DNA of 63,666 bases from a virus (lineage: Duplodnaviria; Caudoviricetes): positions 1 to 63,666 of IMG/VR virus record IMGVR_UViG_3300044814_000016, one strand, 5' to 3'. The position numbers were made by a program, and so were the translations under genes. The notes below the pieces were generated by a model. That model was given only the letters and a program-made list of their open reading frames with translations. It made no database searches and was not told the DNA's origin. Below, piece by piece: positions 47,180 to 57,852 of the stretch (within the stretch, counting starts at the first letter, position 1; every line of letters begins with the position of its first letter).

Positions 47180-47455
47180 ATGACCACCACGACCAGCGCG
47201 AGAGAACGCAAGACGACCGAGGAAATGGTCGCCGGGATCCGCCGTCAGATCCGCGCGCTCGAAGTTCGCGGACTCGACGAGGACCCCTGGGTCGCCCGCG
47301 ACATGACCGACCTCGCCGACGAGCTGAATGCAGCAGCCGGGCGCACCGTCGCCCGCCTCCGGGCAGCCGGGTACACGTGGGCTGACATCGGTCAGTCGTT
47401 CGGGCTCACCTACCAGGCAGCGTGGAAGCGCTGGCACAGCGAGGTGACCTCATGA
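47180..47455 (+). CDS. HTH DNA-binding protein, paralog A
   Basis: LRAAGYTWADIGQSFGLTYQAAWKRW. Confidence 0.8.
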   Translation: MTTTTSARERKTTEEMVAGIRRQIRALEVRGLDEDPWVARDMTDLADELNAAAGRTVARLRAAGYTWADIGQSFGLTYQAAWKRWHSEVTS

Positions 47456-47730
47456 GCACCACGAGCAGCGACCTCCGGGCAGGCAAGCTGATCCGGGACA
47501 TCCGCAGCAGCACCCGCGCCCTCGAAGCCCTTGCGGCATCCGAGGACCCGTGGGTTGCTGCTGAGATGGTCAAGCTCGCGCACGAGCTGGAAGCCGCCGC
47601 CGACCGCACCGTCGCAAGGCTGCGCGCAGCGAAGTACACGTGGGCTGACATCGGGTACGCGTTCGGGACGACCCGGCAGGGAGCGTTCAACAGGTGGGCC
47701 AAGAGCCCGCTCGACGGCAGCACGTCATGA
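47452..47730 (+). CDS. HTH DNA-binding protein, paralog B
   Basis: LRAAKYTWADIGYAFGTTRQGAFNRW; ATGA overlap. Confidence 0.8.
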   Translation: MSTTSSDLRAGKLIRDIRSSTRALEALAASEDPWVAAEMVKLAHELEAAADRTVARLRAAKYTWADIGYAFGTTRQGAFNRWAKSPLDGSTS

Positions 47731-47984
47731 GGGCCGGGGGCGAGCACCGTGGCAGCGCAGCGTCGCGCCGCGTCCGCAAGCAGTGGATGCTGAGCACGTA
47801 CGGCGACGGGCGCACCTGCCCGTGCGCTCACTGCTCAGCGTCGCTTACGTTCGCGACCGTCGAAGCGGACCGCATCGTCCCCGGAGCGTCGTACAGGCGC
47901 GACAACGTGCAGCCCTCCTGCCGGAGCTGCAACCTCGCCCGATCAAACAACACGAAGTGGAGCTACACGTCATGCGAGTCGTAA
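47727..47984 (+). CDS. Small HNH endonuclease-like protein
   Basis: CAHC...EADRIVPG.SY.RDNVQPSCRSCN. Confidence 0.75.
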   Translation: MRAGGEHRGSAASRRVRKQWMLSTYGDGRTCPCAHCSASLTFATVEADRIVPGASYRRDNVQPSCRSCNLARSNNTKWSYTSCES

Positions 47985-48960
47985 CAGTCAACACGAAGCA
48001 GGGAATCGTCGTCATCAGCAGCGAGAGCGTCACCGTCCCGCGCAAGATGCTGGGCAGCCTCAGCGCGTTCGGGCTGGGCAGGGAGATCCCGTTCAGCGAG
48101 ATCCACTCCGTCTCAGTCGGCGGGAACAACAAGCAGTACATGACCGGGAACCGGGCGGCGGGTGCTCTCCTCACCGGAGGCGTCGCGCTGCTCGCGCCGA
48201 CGAAGATCCGCGGTGAGCTGGTCATCGGCCTCAAGGACGGCGAGGTGCTGTCGTACCAGCTCAAGCGCGGTGACGCGAAGCGCCCGCAGACGATCGCGAT
48301 GGCGTTCGACGCTCGCGGCGTGACGGTGGTGTGACGACATGATGACCAAGCGGATGCTGATCAGGCACCTACAGGAAGACGGCGGCGACCTCGACGCGGA
48401 GGTTCAGATCTACGTCTGCGAAGACGGGATCCAGGGATGGTCCGAAGTCAAGTCGGTCGGCCGGCTCGGCGGGAGAGCCGATGACGAGATGGTTCCGACC
48501 GTCATCGAGATGGGCGACTGCATCGCAACGAGCGACGCGACCGACGAGGAACAGGCGATGGACGAGGCGAACACCGTCCCGTGGCACAGCGTCCCGGCCG
48601 GGTTCAACCCCGTGACGGGCCTGAGGCTCTAGTCATGGCGATCCGGTACATGAACGAGTCGGCGTACAGCGCGACGATCGAGGAGATCTGGGGGCCGGTC
48701 GGGTGGGACACCGTTAAGGCGTACGCGCGGCGGCACGACATCAGTTGGTGGGACGCCGACATCATCCTGAACGGGACACCGACGACATGAGCACGACCGA
48801 GGAAAAGGCCGCGTACTGGCACGCAGCCGTCTCCGTGATCAGGGACGTTGAAGACGAGATGGAAGAGACGCTGGACACGCTGATGATGGCCCGCACCAGC
48901 CCGCTACTCGCCGCCAAGATCGAACGGTGGCGGGACCTGCTGATCAGCGTGTGCCCGTAA
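47972..48960 (+). other. Small hypothetical genes (47972..48334, 48339..48632, 48635..48790, 48788..48960)
   Basis: Consecutive plus-strand ORFs followed by a hairpin at ~48971-48999. Confidence 0.6.
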
Positions 48961-49132
48961 GACGAGAGCGGCGGGGGCCGCCGACCAAAGCGACCCCCGC
49001 CAGAGAGAGTGAGATCACGACGGTCATCGCGAACACACAGAGCACGAGCATAGCGCATGAGCAGCAGTAACAGCCGCACCCTCACTCACCACTAGTGGGG
49101 TAGAGTTCAGAGCAGAGAGAGAGCCGAGGATC

Positions 49133-49459
49133 ATGACCAGTCCGCAGAGCACGTTCCCGATCGAGGCCGCACCCGAGCCCCGTATCCCCGCCCGGCACGC
49201 GCGGCGCCGTCGCGTCTGGCCGGTGCGCGTCGCGATGGGCGTGGCGCTCATTGTCACCCTGTTCATCGGTGTCGCCATCGGGGCGGGCAGCCCCGCACCG
49301 GCACCCGCAGCGGTGACGCACAGCGCCCCGGCCGCGATCGCGCCGAAGCCCGCAGCCCCGGTGGAGCCTGCGGCAGTGCCGCCCGTACCAGGTGCCAGCT
49401 CAGCTACGCAGCACGCGATCGCTGAGCTGTGCCGCACCGTGTCTGTCGGCAACGGCTGA
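49133..49459 (+). CDS. Membrane protein with Pro/Ala-rich C-terminus
   Basis: Arg cluster then TM helix VAMGVALIVTLFIGVAIGAG. Confidence 0.65.
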   Translation: MTSPQSTFPIEAAPEPRIPARHARRRRVWPVRVAMGVALIVTLFIGVAIGAGSPAPAPAAVTHSAPAAIAPKPAAPVEPAAVPPVPGASSATQHAIAELCRTVSVGNG

Positions 49460-49507
49460 TAATACAGACCTGGGCCGGGCACCTCGCCCGGCCCGAGAGG
49501 AGAGATC

Positions 49508-50386
49508 ATGACAAGCAGGACATGGGAAGACGACGCACGGGAGTTCGGTGTGCACGTGCGGCAAGGCGGCTGGCGGCTAGGGCTGCTAGTCGCGCGGCGC
49601 GTCGAGCCCGGCACCGGGCAGGGAGAGAACGTCGGGGCAAAATACCCGAAGTCACAAACCGGACAAACCGACAAGGTGTCCGCCTCGACGTTCGCCAAGG
49701 CAGCGGGCACAGACCAGCATCGCGTGATGCGCTACTACCGCGCCTGGCACGCGGCGGCGATCGCCGGTCTCGTGCCGCACCCCGGAGACCTCCAGCCCAG
49801 CGAAGACCCGCCGCTCGACGTCGAGCGACTGCCCGACTGGAGCGAGTTCTACCCGCCCGGCGACGATCACTTTCTGCGGAAGTCCCCGGAGGAGCGGGCG
49901 CGCCTGGAGGCGATCGCCGTCGAGCACGGCACCACCGCCGCGCAGATCACGCGAGTGTCTTCCGCGCCCAAGGCGATCGCCGCAGCGCTTGCGGCGAACC
50001 CGGAGCTAGCAGACACGGTGCTCGACGACCCAGCCGTTCAGCAGCACGTCACGCGAGCGCAGATCCGTCACGGTCAGGAGCGCATCGCGGAGGGCCACGA
50101 ACGCGCCAGGCGAGCGAACGACGACCCGGCCATCGCCGGGATCAACGGCTCGCTGAGTGCCATGGGAGCCAGGCTCGCCCTCAGCAGGGCGTGCATCGAC
50201 TTCGCCGAAGCCGTCGCGGCTAACCTGCCGGGGGCAGGGGAGCTGAAGGGAACCGAGCTGATCATGTTCCCGCGCACCCTGGACAGGGCCGCTAACGCGC
50301 TCACTGCTCTACGGGAGTGGATCGAGTCAGGCACCAGCCCGGATGACGAGCTGGCGCAGATACTCAAGGACGGGGACAACTCATGA
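49508..50386 (+). CDS. Hypothetical protein, possible DNA-binding
   Basis: 292 aa; KVSASTFAKAAGTD..RVMRYYRAW HTH-like; GAGGAGAG RBS. Confidence 0.7.
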   Translation: MTSRTWEDDAREFGVHVRQGGWRLGLLVARRVEPGTGQGENVGAKYPKSQTGQTDKVSASTFAKAAGTDQHRVMRYYRAWHAAAIAGLVPHPGDLQPSEDPPLDVERLPDWSEFYPPGDDHFLRKSPEERARLEAIAVEHGTTAAQITRVSSAPKAIAAALAANPELADTVLDDPAVQQHVTRAQIRHGQERIAEGHERARRANDDPAIAGINGSLSAMGARLALSRACIDFAEAVAANLPGAGELKGTELIMFPRTLDRAANALTALREWIESGTSPDDELAQILKDGDNS

Positions 50387-50835
50387 GCCGCGCCGCCGAC
50401 TGCATCCACCTGATCGACGCCCAGTGGTGCGCCGACTGCAACCCGGCAGCCGGCCCGGAGTCACCCCTGGAGGGGTGGATCAACGACGTGTTCGCGGTGA
50501 TCCCGACTGACGGGGAGCAGCCGAAGTCGCGCGACGTCATCGCCCTCGAATCGGGTCACACCCTGCACGAGACGGACACGGCGGTAGCGGCGATCCGTGA
50601 GCGTCACCCCGATCTGCCGCTCGTGAGCGACCGCAACGGGCTGCGGTTCACCCTGGATCACCTCGACCTGGTGAAGTACCAGCACGCGCGGGCGTCGCAG
50701 GCGCTCACGCTCATGCGGCGCATGTTCCGTGGGGCGCTCGTGCCGTACATGCTGCACACAGCAGACCCGTCAGAGGTCCGGCGGGCGCAGCGGCAGATGG
50801 AGCGGCTGCTAGAGGACATGGAGGAGTTCGTCTGA
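50383..50835 (+). CDS. Hypothetical protein
   Basis: CIH....WCADC N-terminus; ATGA-coupled. Confidence 0.7.
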   Translation: MSRAADCIHLIDAQWCADCNPAAGPESPLEGWINDVFAVIPTDGEQPKSRDVIALESGHTLHETDTAVAAIRERHPDLPLVSDRNGLRFTLDHLDLVKYQHARASQALTLMRRMFRGALVPYMLHTADPSEVRRAQRQMERLLEDMEEFV

Positions 50836-50857
50836 CAGAGGCGGCCGCTAGGTTGTG

Positions 50858-50886
50858 AGGGGCCGGGGCGACCCGGCCCCTTCTCT
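50858..50886 (+). terminator. Terminator hairpin with GNRA loop
   Basis: aggggccggg-gcga-cccggcccct-tctct. Confidence 0.7.
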
Positions 50887-50948
50887 GTACCCGTAGTGGG
50901 TGAGAGTGTAGAGTGATCCAACTCAACGACGAGTAGGAGAGTGAGGCA

Positions 50949-51980
50949 ATGACCGCACGACTGATCATGAGCCAACCGGAAATCGACCGTGACCGCGCCC
51001 GCTGGTTCGTCGAGCGGCGCAAGGGAATCGGCGCGAGTGAGATCGCCGCCGTCCTCGGTCTCGCCCCCGAGTCGTACGGCAGCGCGTTCGCGTTGTTCAC
51101 CGCTAAGCAGAGCGGCTTCGACTGGGACGAGGACAACGACAGCAAGCTGTGGGGACGGTTCGTCGAGCCGTACGTCTCTGACGTCTTCGCACGGAACTAC
51201 CCGTCGCTGTCGCTGCTCGGCGGCGGCCTGTACCAGAGCGTCGAGCGCCCGTGGCAGCTCGCGACGTTCGACCGTCTCGCGTTCGACGTGGACGAGTGGG
51301 GCATCCGCAGCGATGAGCTGACCGAGGTCGAGGAACGGTACGCGCTGTCACGCGCGGTGCCGGTGCAGATCAAGTCCAGCGCCACCGAGGAGGGCTGGGG
51401 CGAGCCGGGGACGGGTCAGATTCCCGTCCACTACCGGGCGCAGTGCCTACAGGAGATGGACGTGGCCGACGCTCACGCCGTGTGGGTGCCGGTCCTGTTC
51501 CCGCCTCACAAGGTGGTCACGTACGTGATCCTGCGGACGCAGGACGTCGAGGAAGACATTCAACTGCTGCGCGAGGCGGGAGAGGAGTTCATCATGCGTC
51601 TGATGAACGACGACCCGCCGCCGATCGACTGGACGTCGGCAACTGCGGCCGCACTTCGCACACTGCACCCGGTCAAGCCGAGCACCACGGCGGAGATCCC
51701 GAAGTTCCTCGCGAAGCGCTACCGCCGCGCGCAGCTCGCCAAGAGCGTGTCGAAGCAGCGGCTCAAGCAGGTGGAGAACGAGATCCGCGGCCGGATAGGC
51801 GGCGCTGACCGTGCGGTCGTGAAAGTCGCCGGCCGGGACATGACGGTCCTTACCCGGCGGGTGTCGCACCCGGAGCGAGTGGACATCGGCCTGCTGCGGC
51901 AGCAGCGCCCGGAGATCGCGAAGGAGTTCACCAAGACGGGCACCGTCGATGCCCTCTATCCGGGGAAGTACGCGAAGTGA
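50949..51980 (+). CDS. YqaJ-like viral recombinase exonuclease
   Basis: W...RRKGIGASEIAAVLG; PWQLATFDR; VQIKS; IPVHYRAQC.QEM.V. Confidence 0.92.
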   Translation: MTARLIMSQPEIDRDRARWFVERRKGIGASEIAAVLGLAPESYGSAFALFTAKQSGFDWDEDNDSKLWGRFVEPYVSDVFARNYPSLSLLGGGLYQSVERPWQLATFDRLAFDVDEWGIRSDELTEVEERYALSRAVPVQIKSSATEEGWGEPGTGQIPVHYRAQCLQEMDVADAHAVWVPVLFPPHKVVTYVILRTQDVEEDIQLLREAGEEFIMRLMNDDPPPIDWTSATAAALRTLHPVKPSTTAEIPKFLAKRYRRAQLAKSVSKQRLKQVENEIRGRIGGADRAVVKVAGRDMTVLTRRVSHPERVDIGLLRQQRPEIAKEFTKTGTVDALYPGKYAK

Positions 51981-52467
51981 CGCGAACCATCTGGGAGCGG
52001 ACGACGCCGTACGGGCTGCTGAAAGCCGCGTGGCCTGAGCCGCAGGACATCTACGCGGCTAACGGGGTGGAGCCGGTGGCGCGGGTACTGATGCAAGATC
52101 CCCGGCCGCGCATCACCCTCGACGGCGTGGAGATCACCCGCAAGCGCGCCGATCAGATCATCAGGGCGATGGTGCCCAAGGCAGAGGAGAAGCCGTGAGG
52201 AAGGTATTCCGCTACCAGGTACCCATCGACAGCACGGTTCACATCATCCCGCTGTCAGGCCCCGTGGTCGCGGTAGGCGAAGGTGGGAACCCGGAGAGGT
52301 GGCTGGAGTTCTGGGCTGAGCACTTCGACGGCGTTAAGGCGATGCCGCGCGCATTCCAGATCTACGGCACCGGGCAGCCCGTCCACGATGATGCCGGGTA
52401 CGTCGGCACCACTCCCCGTGACCCGACCGGCGGCATATGGCACCTGTACGAAAGGGGCGTGAACTGA
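51977..52467 (+). other. Two small hypothetical genes (51977..52198, 52195..52467)
   Basis: GTGA overlaps. Confidence 0.6.
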
Positions 52468-52706
52468 TGTGGGCGAGTGACGCCGAGTTCAAGATTCAGG
52501 CGGAACTCACCAAGGCGTACGGCAAGCACGGGCGGGAGCAGTGGGGACGCCATGAGTTCTACGCGATCCTCAAAGAGGAAGTCGATGAGCTGTGGGACGC
52601 GATCAAGGGCGACGAGCCGCTAGCTCGCGTTCACGCTGAGGCGATCCAGGTCGCCGCCGTGGTCCGCAGGTACCTGGAAACCGGCGACAGATACGGATGG
52701 AAGTGA
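52467..52706 (+). CDS. MazG-like all-alpha nucleotide pyrophosphohydrolase-like protein
   Basis: HEFYAILKEEVDELWDAIK...EAIQVAAV. Confidence 0.55.
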   Translation: MWASDAEFKIQAELTKAYGKHGREQWGRHEFYAILKEEVDELWDAIKGDEPLARVHAEAIQVAAVVRRYLETGDRYGWK

Positions 52707-52710
52707 CGTC

Positions 52711-53865
52711 ATGACAGCAGAGACGATCAAGGGAGCGGTCGCGGAACGCAAGAGCACGCCTGCGCCCGCCCCGGCCCCCGATGCGGCGCTCGCGCTGCGC
52801 GGCGGCGAAACCTGGTGGTCACCACGGCAGCTCGCCGCTCTCAAGGGGATGGGCATCAAGCACGCATCCCCGGAGGAGCTGCTGGTGTTCCTGCACTACT
52901 GCCAGAAGACTGCCCTTGACCCGTTCAGCAAGCAAATCTACCTGCTGGAGCGCCGGTCGAAGAACCAGCAGACCGGCGAGTGGGAGTACCAGCAGACGAT
53001 CGTGATCGGCATCGACGGCTACCGTGTCGTCGCGCAGCGCGCGGCGAAGCGCGAGGGCGTGCACCTGTCATACGAGGACACGGTGTGGTTCGACGAGAAC
53101 ATGGCCCACTATGAGATCTGGCTGGCGAGCACGCCCCCCGCCGGGGCCAAGGTCACCGTCATGAAGCACATGGATGACGGGACGAAACTCCCGTACCCCG
53201 GAGTCGCCCGGTTCACGAGCTACGCCGCGTACGCGAGGGGTCACCAGGGTGACGCGGCTTACCTCCAGTCGCAGTGGGCCGTGATGGAAGACCACATGAT
53301 CGAGAAATGCGCGGAGGCGTTCGGGCTGCGCAGGGCGTTCCCGAACGACCTCGGCGGCACGTACTCAGAAGAGGAAGTGATGCAGCAGCAGGAGCCGTTG
53401 GGGAACCCGCCGAAGATGGAACCCTATGCTCGCGACGCGGAGAGCGACGATGAGGGCGTCATCCCCGGCGGGGTAGACACAGACACGGGTGAGCGCACCG
53501 ACCCGGCAGCGTCCGATTCTCGGCCGTCTGGCGGTACGCCTGAACCCGAGCACGACAAGCCGAAGCTCAAGCCTGCCGGGGTGCGGGAACGGCAGCGGGT
53601 CAACGCCCGGTTGCACGCGACGTTCAGTGAGCACGGCATGGGCACGCAAGCGGACGCCGACGCCCGGCGCGGCGTCATATGCATGCTGCTGAACCTCCCC
53701 GCTCCGGTGCCCGCCGCGCAGCTCGACGACAAGCAGCTCAGCGCGGCGCTCACGGCGCTAGAGGGCGTGGTCAAGGCCGAGCAGGACAACCCGCAGACCG
53801 AGGGCGGGACCAACGTCGCGGCGGTGCTCCGCGAACTCGCCGCAGCGGGGATGGCGAAGTCATGA
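52711..53865 (+). CDS. bet: Single-strand annealing protein (Bet/RecT family)
   Basis: FLHYCQKTALDPFSKQIY...IGIDGYR..A...MIEKCAEA.GLRRAFP..LGG.Y.EEE. Confidence 0.9.
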   Translation: MTAETIKGAVAERKSTPAPAPAPDAALALRGGETWWSPRQLAALKGMGIKHASPEELLVFLHYCQKTALDPFSKQIYLLERRSKNQQTGEWEYQQTIVIGIDGYRVVAQRAAKREGVHLSYEDTVWFDENMAHYEIWLASTPPAGAKVTVMKHMDDGTKLPYPGVARFTSYAAYARGHQGDAAYLQSQWAVMEDHMIEKCAEAFGLRRAFPNDLGGTYSEEEVMQQQEPLGNPPKMEPYARDAESDDEGVIPGGVDTDTGERTDPAASDSRPSGGTPEPEHDKPKLKPAGVRERQRVNARLHATFSEHGMGTQADADARRGVICMLLNLPAPVPAAQLDDKQLSAALTALEGVVKAEQDNPQTEGGTNVAAVLRELAAAGMAKS

Positions 53866-54131
53866 GCGCGACCTGCAACATCCGGCAGGTGCAGATCGAC
53901 GCCGGTTACGACTTCGCGGTCCTCTGCGGCAACCACGCCGTCGTGATCTTCCGCGTCGAGTGCCCGAACGGCCACACCCACGACTCGGCGGTATGCGAGT
54001 ACCACCGGGCGATCATCATGGCGAACCGCGCGGGCAACGAGAACTACTGCGGCGCGTGCGCCCAGGACGGCAACGACCACGTGGTAGTGACATGGCGGGA
54101 GATTGACCATGAGCAGCAACATCGCGCATGA
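53862..54131 (+). CDS. Cys-rich hypothetical protein
   Basis: ATGA overlap; CPNGH, CEYH, CGAC. Confidence 0.55.
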   Translation: MSATCNIRQVQIDAGYDFAVLCGNHAVVIFRVECPNGHTHDSAVCEYHRAIIMANRAGNENYCGACAQDGNDHVVVTWREIDHEQQHRA

Positions 54132-54447
54132 CGTCCTCGTACGTGACGACGGGCGCTGTTTCAAGTGCGGCCGCATCGTCATGAACGGCCCTCACTCGTG
54201 TCATCACCGCAAGCTCAGGTCAGCGCTCGGCAGCGACACACCCGAGAACAGGATCACGCTTTGCGGATCGGGGACGACCGGGTGCCACGGCGAGGTGCAC
54301 AACAGCCCGCGAGCGTCACGCGCTGACGGGTACATCGTGTCGCGGTACAGGGAGCCGGAAGACATCCCGGTGAAGCACTGGGAACGCGGCTTCGTGTTCC
54401 TCACCGAAGACGGCGACATGCGCGACGAGGAGAGAGATGACGACTGA
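54109..54447 (+). CDS. HNH endonuclease
   Basis: RDDGRCFKCG...HHRKLRS...N.ITLCGSGTTGCHGEVH. Confidence 0.85.
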   Translation: MSSNIAHDVLVRDDGRCFKCGRIVMNGPHSCHHRKLRSALGSDTPENRITLCGSGTTGCHGEVHNSPRASRADGYIVSRYREPEDIPVKHWERGFVFLTEDGDMRDEERDDD

Positions 54448-56828
54448 GGGCAACTACATCGTGATCCGGCAGGCACCGAACCTGCCCGATGAGGACATGC
54501 CCGAGGGCCTGGACGGCGTCTGGTTCGACCTCAGCGGCTGGCCGGTGCCGGGACCGTTCGTGACGTCACTGAACCCGGTCGGCACCATCGAGGAGTACGA
54601 CTGCCACGCGACGTTCGCTGTCTACCCGACCGGGGAATTCGAGTTCAGCAGCACCGGCAGGTGCGCTGAGGTCTGGGAGATGCGACCGCTGTGAACATCA
54701 CCGTCCAGCACACGAGAAAGATCACCGCGACACTGGGCGACGGTGACTACCACCCGCAGATCAGCGTCGGCCGCAAGCGAGTCAAGGTGTACCTCGTCGA
54801 GCTTGAGGTCAGCGAGGACAAGCACGACTTCAACCGCATCTACTCGGTGCTCGCCTACGGGCGGGCAGGCGGCGGCACGCGAATCTCGTCGATCGCTATC
54901 CCTCCCCTTCTCCACGGGATCATCGAGAACATGATGGCGGCACGGTGACGTGACCAGCGACGGCGACGACGTAGAGGACTGGGACGTTGACCCGGAGGCG
55001 ATGATCGGGATGGTCCGCCTCCACGTCCGCACGTGGGTGAACAACGGCTCGCTCAGCGACGCCGACACCGCGTCGCTCGTCAAGTACGTTGACCTGCTCG
55101 ACGAATGGATGTCATCGGGCAGGGAGCCGCCGCTGTCATGGCAGTGCCCCGACGACTGGGGTGACTACGCGCCGCCGCGCCCGATCGAGGACGTGGAGCT
55201 GCCCCCGTACAACCCACTCGACTAACTACCCGTAGCGAGTAGACTGAGAGTGCACGGCGAACAGAGAGAGAGTGATCATCATGACCATGACCGCGACCGA
55301 AGAGACCCCGCATACCTGCCCGCAGGGCCCGCTCTGCGCATACTGGCACTCGACTCACTACAGCGTCGAGGACCCCGGCGGCTGCGTGCACGACTCCTGC
55401 ATGGGGATCGTCCACGACTTTCAGTGCCGCGCCTGCCAGGACGAGGTGAACGACGCCGACGCCAATGATCTCGCGTACTGCGTCAAGCACGGCTACGTCG
55501 CGGTCAGCGACAGCGGCTCAACCAGCGGCTTCGCCGGGGGCACCGTCAACTGGGCCCAACTCGCCTGCGGGTGCTTCGACATGGACGAGACCGGAGACAT
55601 GGAGGCAGCGCGATGACCGCTGTCAACCCGGTGCCGCAGCCGACGCGCAGCGCACCACCCGTACCGCCCGAGTGGGGAGCGGCGCTCGCTGCTGAGCTAG
55701 CAGCTCTCGACGGGCACATGGACGAGCACCAGTGGGAGTACGGCCATTCGCTCGCGGAGCATCTGGTGAGCATCCACGGGTGGACCGTGCTCACCGAGGA
55801 GTGGGACGACGCGCTGCTGCTGCGCGCGATGCACCGCGTCGGCCACGAGACGGAGCGCGAGTGCCTTACCAACGGGCTCCGCGAGGTCGAGGCAGACGCC
55901 AGGGCAGCGGCGGCCCGGTGGCCGTTCACTACTGAGTGGCTGACTCCGGGCGAGATGAACCCGGACTGGGAAGGTGATCGCCAGTGACCGGGCGGCACGC
56001 CGCAGCGCAGGAGATCGACACCGCCCGAGGGCGACTCGACGCCACGCTGCGGATGATCGCGCAGGTCGTTCAGCATCACATCATCACCGGCCCCGAGCAG
56101 CCGCTCATGCCGACCGTCCCGGTCGATATCCGGCTGATCGAATCGCAGCCGGTGACGCCGCTCGTGACGCAGATCCGCGTTCACGTCTCCGGGGAGCACC
56201 GGCCGCGGTACTTCACCGTGGAAGTCAGGGAGGGAATCTGATGTATCTGAGCATCACGCTACTGGTCATCGGAGCGATCGTCACGGCGAACACGTTCATG
56301 GTGATCGCGAGCACCGGCAAGGAACGCGAGCCGTACACGCCCGCTCAGGTCGCGGGCATCACGGCGCTCAACGCGGCGATCGTCGTCTTCGTCGTGCTCG
56401 CCGCAATGCGACTGGGGATCTGAGATGCACTTCAACTTCAACGCTACGGGCTGGTTCGCCGCTATCGTCATGGTCGCGCTGCTGTGGGCGCTGGTGAGCG
56501 CCGCGCTGATCCTGTCGGGAACACTCGTCTGGAGCATCGCGTGATCGTCGCGATCGGCCCGAAGTGGCCCGGACTGATCATCATGAGCTGGATGCTCAGC
56601 GTGTTCTGCCCCGGCTGGAACATCGACGACGACGACGTCCGCGAGGCAGTCTACGGGTACGCCAGCACCCTCGTGCTGCCGAAGAACCAGCGACGCGAGT
56701 ACGAGGGCATCTGGGACACGTACTACGCAGCACGCGGTTACCCGTCGAGCAAGCCGCCGATGACGAGCCTGCCGCCAACGGCAGCGGAGACGAGATGGAT
56801 GACCACCGAACCATCAGGAGGGTACTGA
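54437..56828 (+). other. String of small hypothetical genes (54437..54694, 54691..54948, 54950..55225, 55272..55616, 55613..55987, 55984..56241, 56241..56423, 56541..56828)
   Basis: Overlapping plus-strand ORFs; small TM proteins near 56241-56543. Confidence 0.6.
55218..55245 (+). promoter_or_regulatory. Promoter, motif copy
   Basis: TCGACT-aactacccgtagcgag-TAGACT. Confidence 0.65.
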
Positions 56829-56829
56829 C

Positions 56830-57204
56830 ATGCGCAACTACCAGCTAGGCCGGCAAGTCGTCACCAAGGCAGAACACGACCCGGAGCACTTCAGCATGAG
56901 TACGTGGGCGAGCCCGGCATACGGCGCGTGCGGCATGACCGCGTGCCTCGGCGGCTGGGCGATGATCCTCGCCGGTTACAGCTACGTAATCGACTGCAAC
57001 GACGAGATCCTGTTCTACCGCCCGGACGGGTCGCTGGTCCACGGCGGATACGCCGACGAGGTTGAGGAGCTTCTCGGCTTCACCCCGGCCGAGCGCAAGG
57101 ACCTCGGCTCCTTCGGCGGGGAGGTGTGGTTCGACACCAAGCACGGGCTGGAGCGGTTCCGTGCCATGGTCGAGGCGAGCGAGCGCGAGACCGCGCTGTC
57201 ATGA
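56830..57204 (+). CDS. Hypothetical protein, CxTxxCLGGWA-type paralog A
   Basis: PEHFSMSTW...CGMTACLGGWA. Confidence 0.7.
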   Translation: MRNYQLGRQVVTKAEHDPEHFSMSTWASPAYGACGMTACLGGWAMILAGYSYVIDCNDEILFYRPDGSLVHGGYADEVEELLGFTPAERKDLGSFGGEVWFDTKHGLERFRAMVEASERETALS

Positions 57205-57852
57205 GCACGATGACCGAGGGCGACTGGCGCGGGGAAGTCACCACAGACGGCGACGAGCGCTGGCACACCAACACGCTGCGGTTCCCCACCAGGGACGCGG
57301 CACTGGAGTACGTCAGCCGCCTCGCCCGCAGGTGGATACTCGTCACCCGCTGGCGTGCCGTCGACGGGAGCATGCCGTTCGACCAGGCGTACGAGCCGGG
57401 GTCGCAGGACGGCGAGTGGTGACCGCCGCCGAGCAGGCTCCGGGCATAAGTTCGTCGCTGCGCGAGCGCGTCGGCCGCATCCTCGTTCACGTCCCCGGCT
57501 GGGTCGAGGCGAAGATCTGGGGTTACATCGCTGAGGCGTACGACGAGGGACTGACCCGGCCTAGCGGGTACGACCCTGACCCGGATCACCCCGGCTTCAG
57601 GCGCGACGGGTACGCGACCAGGGAGGACTAGTGAACGAGCACATCCTTCGTACTCTCGCGCACATCCACCTCCTAGAGGTGCGCGCGTTCCGCAAGGTGA
57701 CGCACAGCGGCGCGCAGCGCGCAGTCACCGAACTCAGCGAAGCGCTCCGCAGCATCGAACCGGAGAACATCAGGCGCTACTGCCTCACGTGGGCGGAAGA
57801 GAGATTCACCAGTGAACTCAGCAATGGAGAGGGCCAGCATGAGGTTCCGTAA
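57201..57852 (+). other. Small hypothetical genes (57201..57422, 57419..57631, 57631..57852)
   Basis: Start/stop overlaps. Confidence 0.55.
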
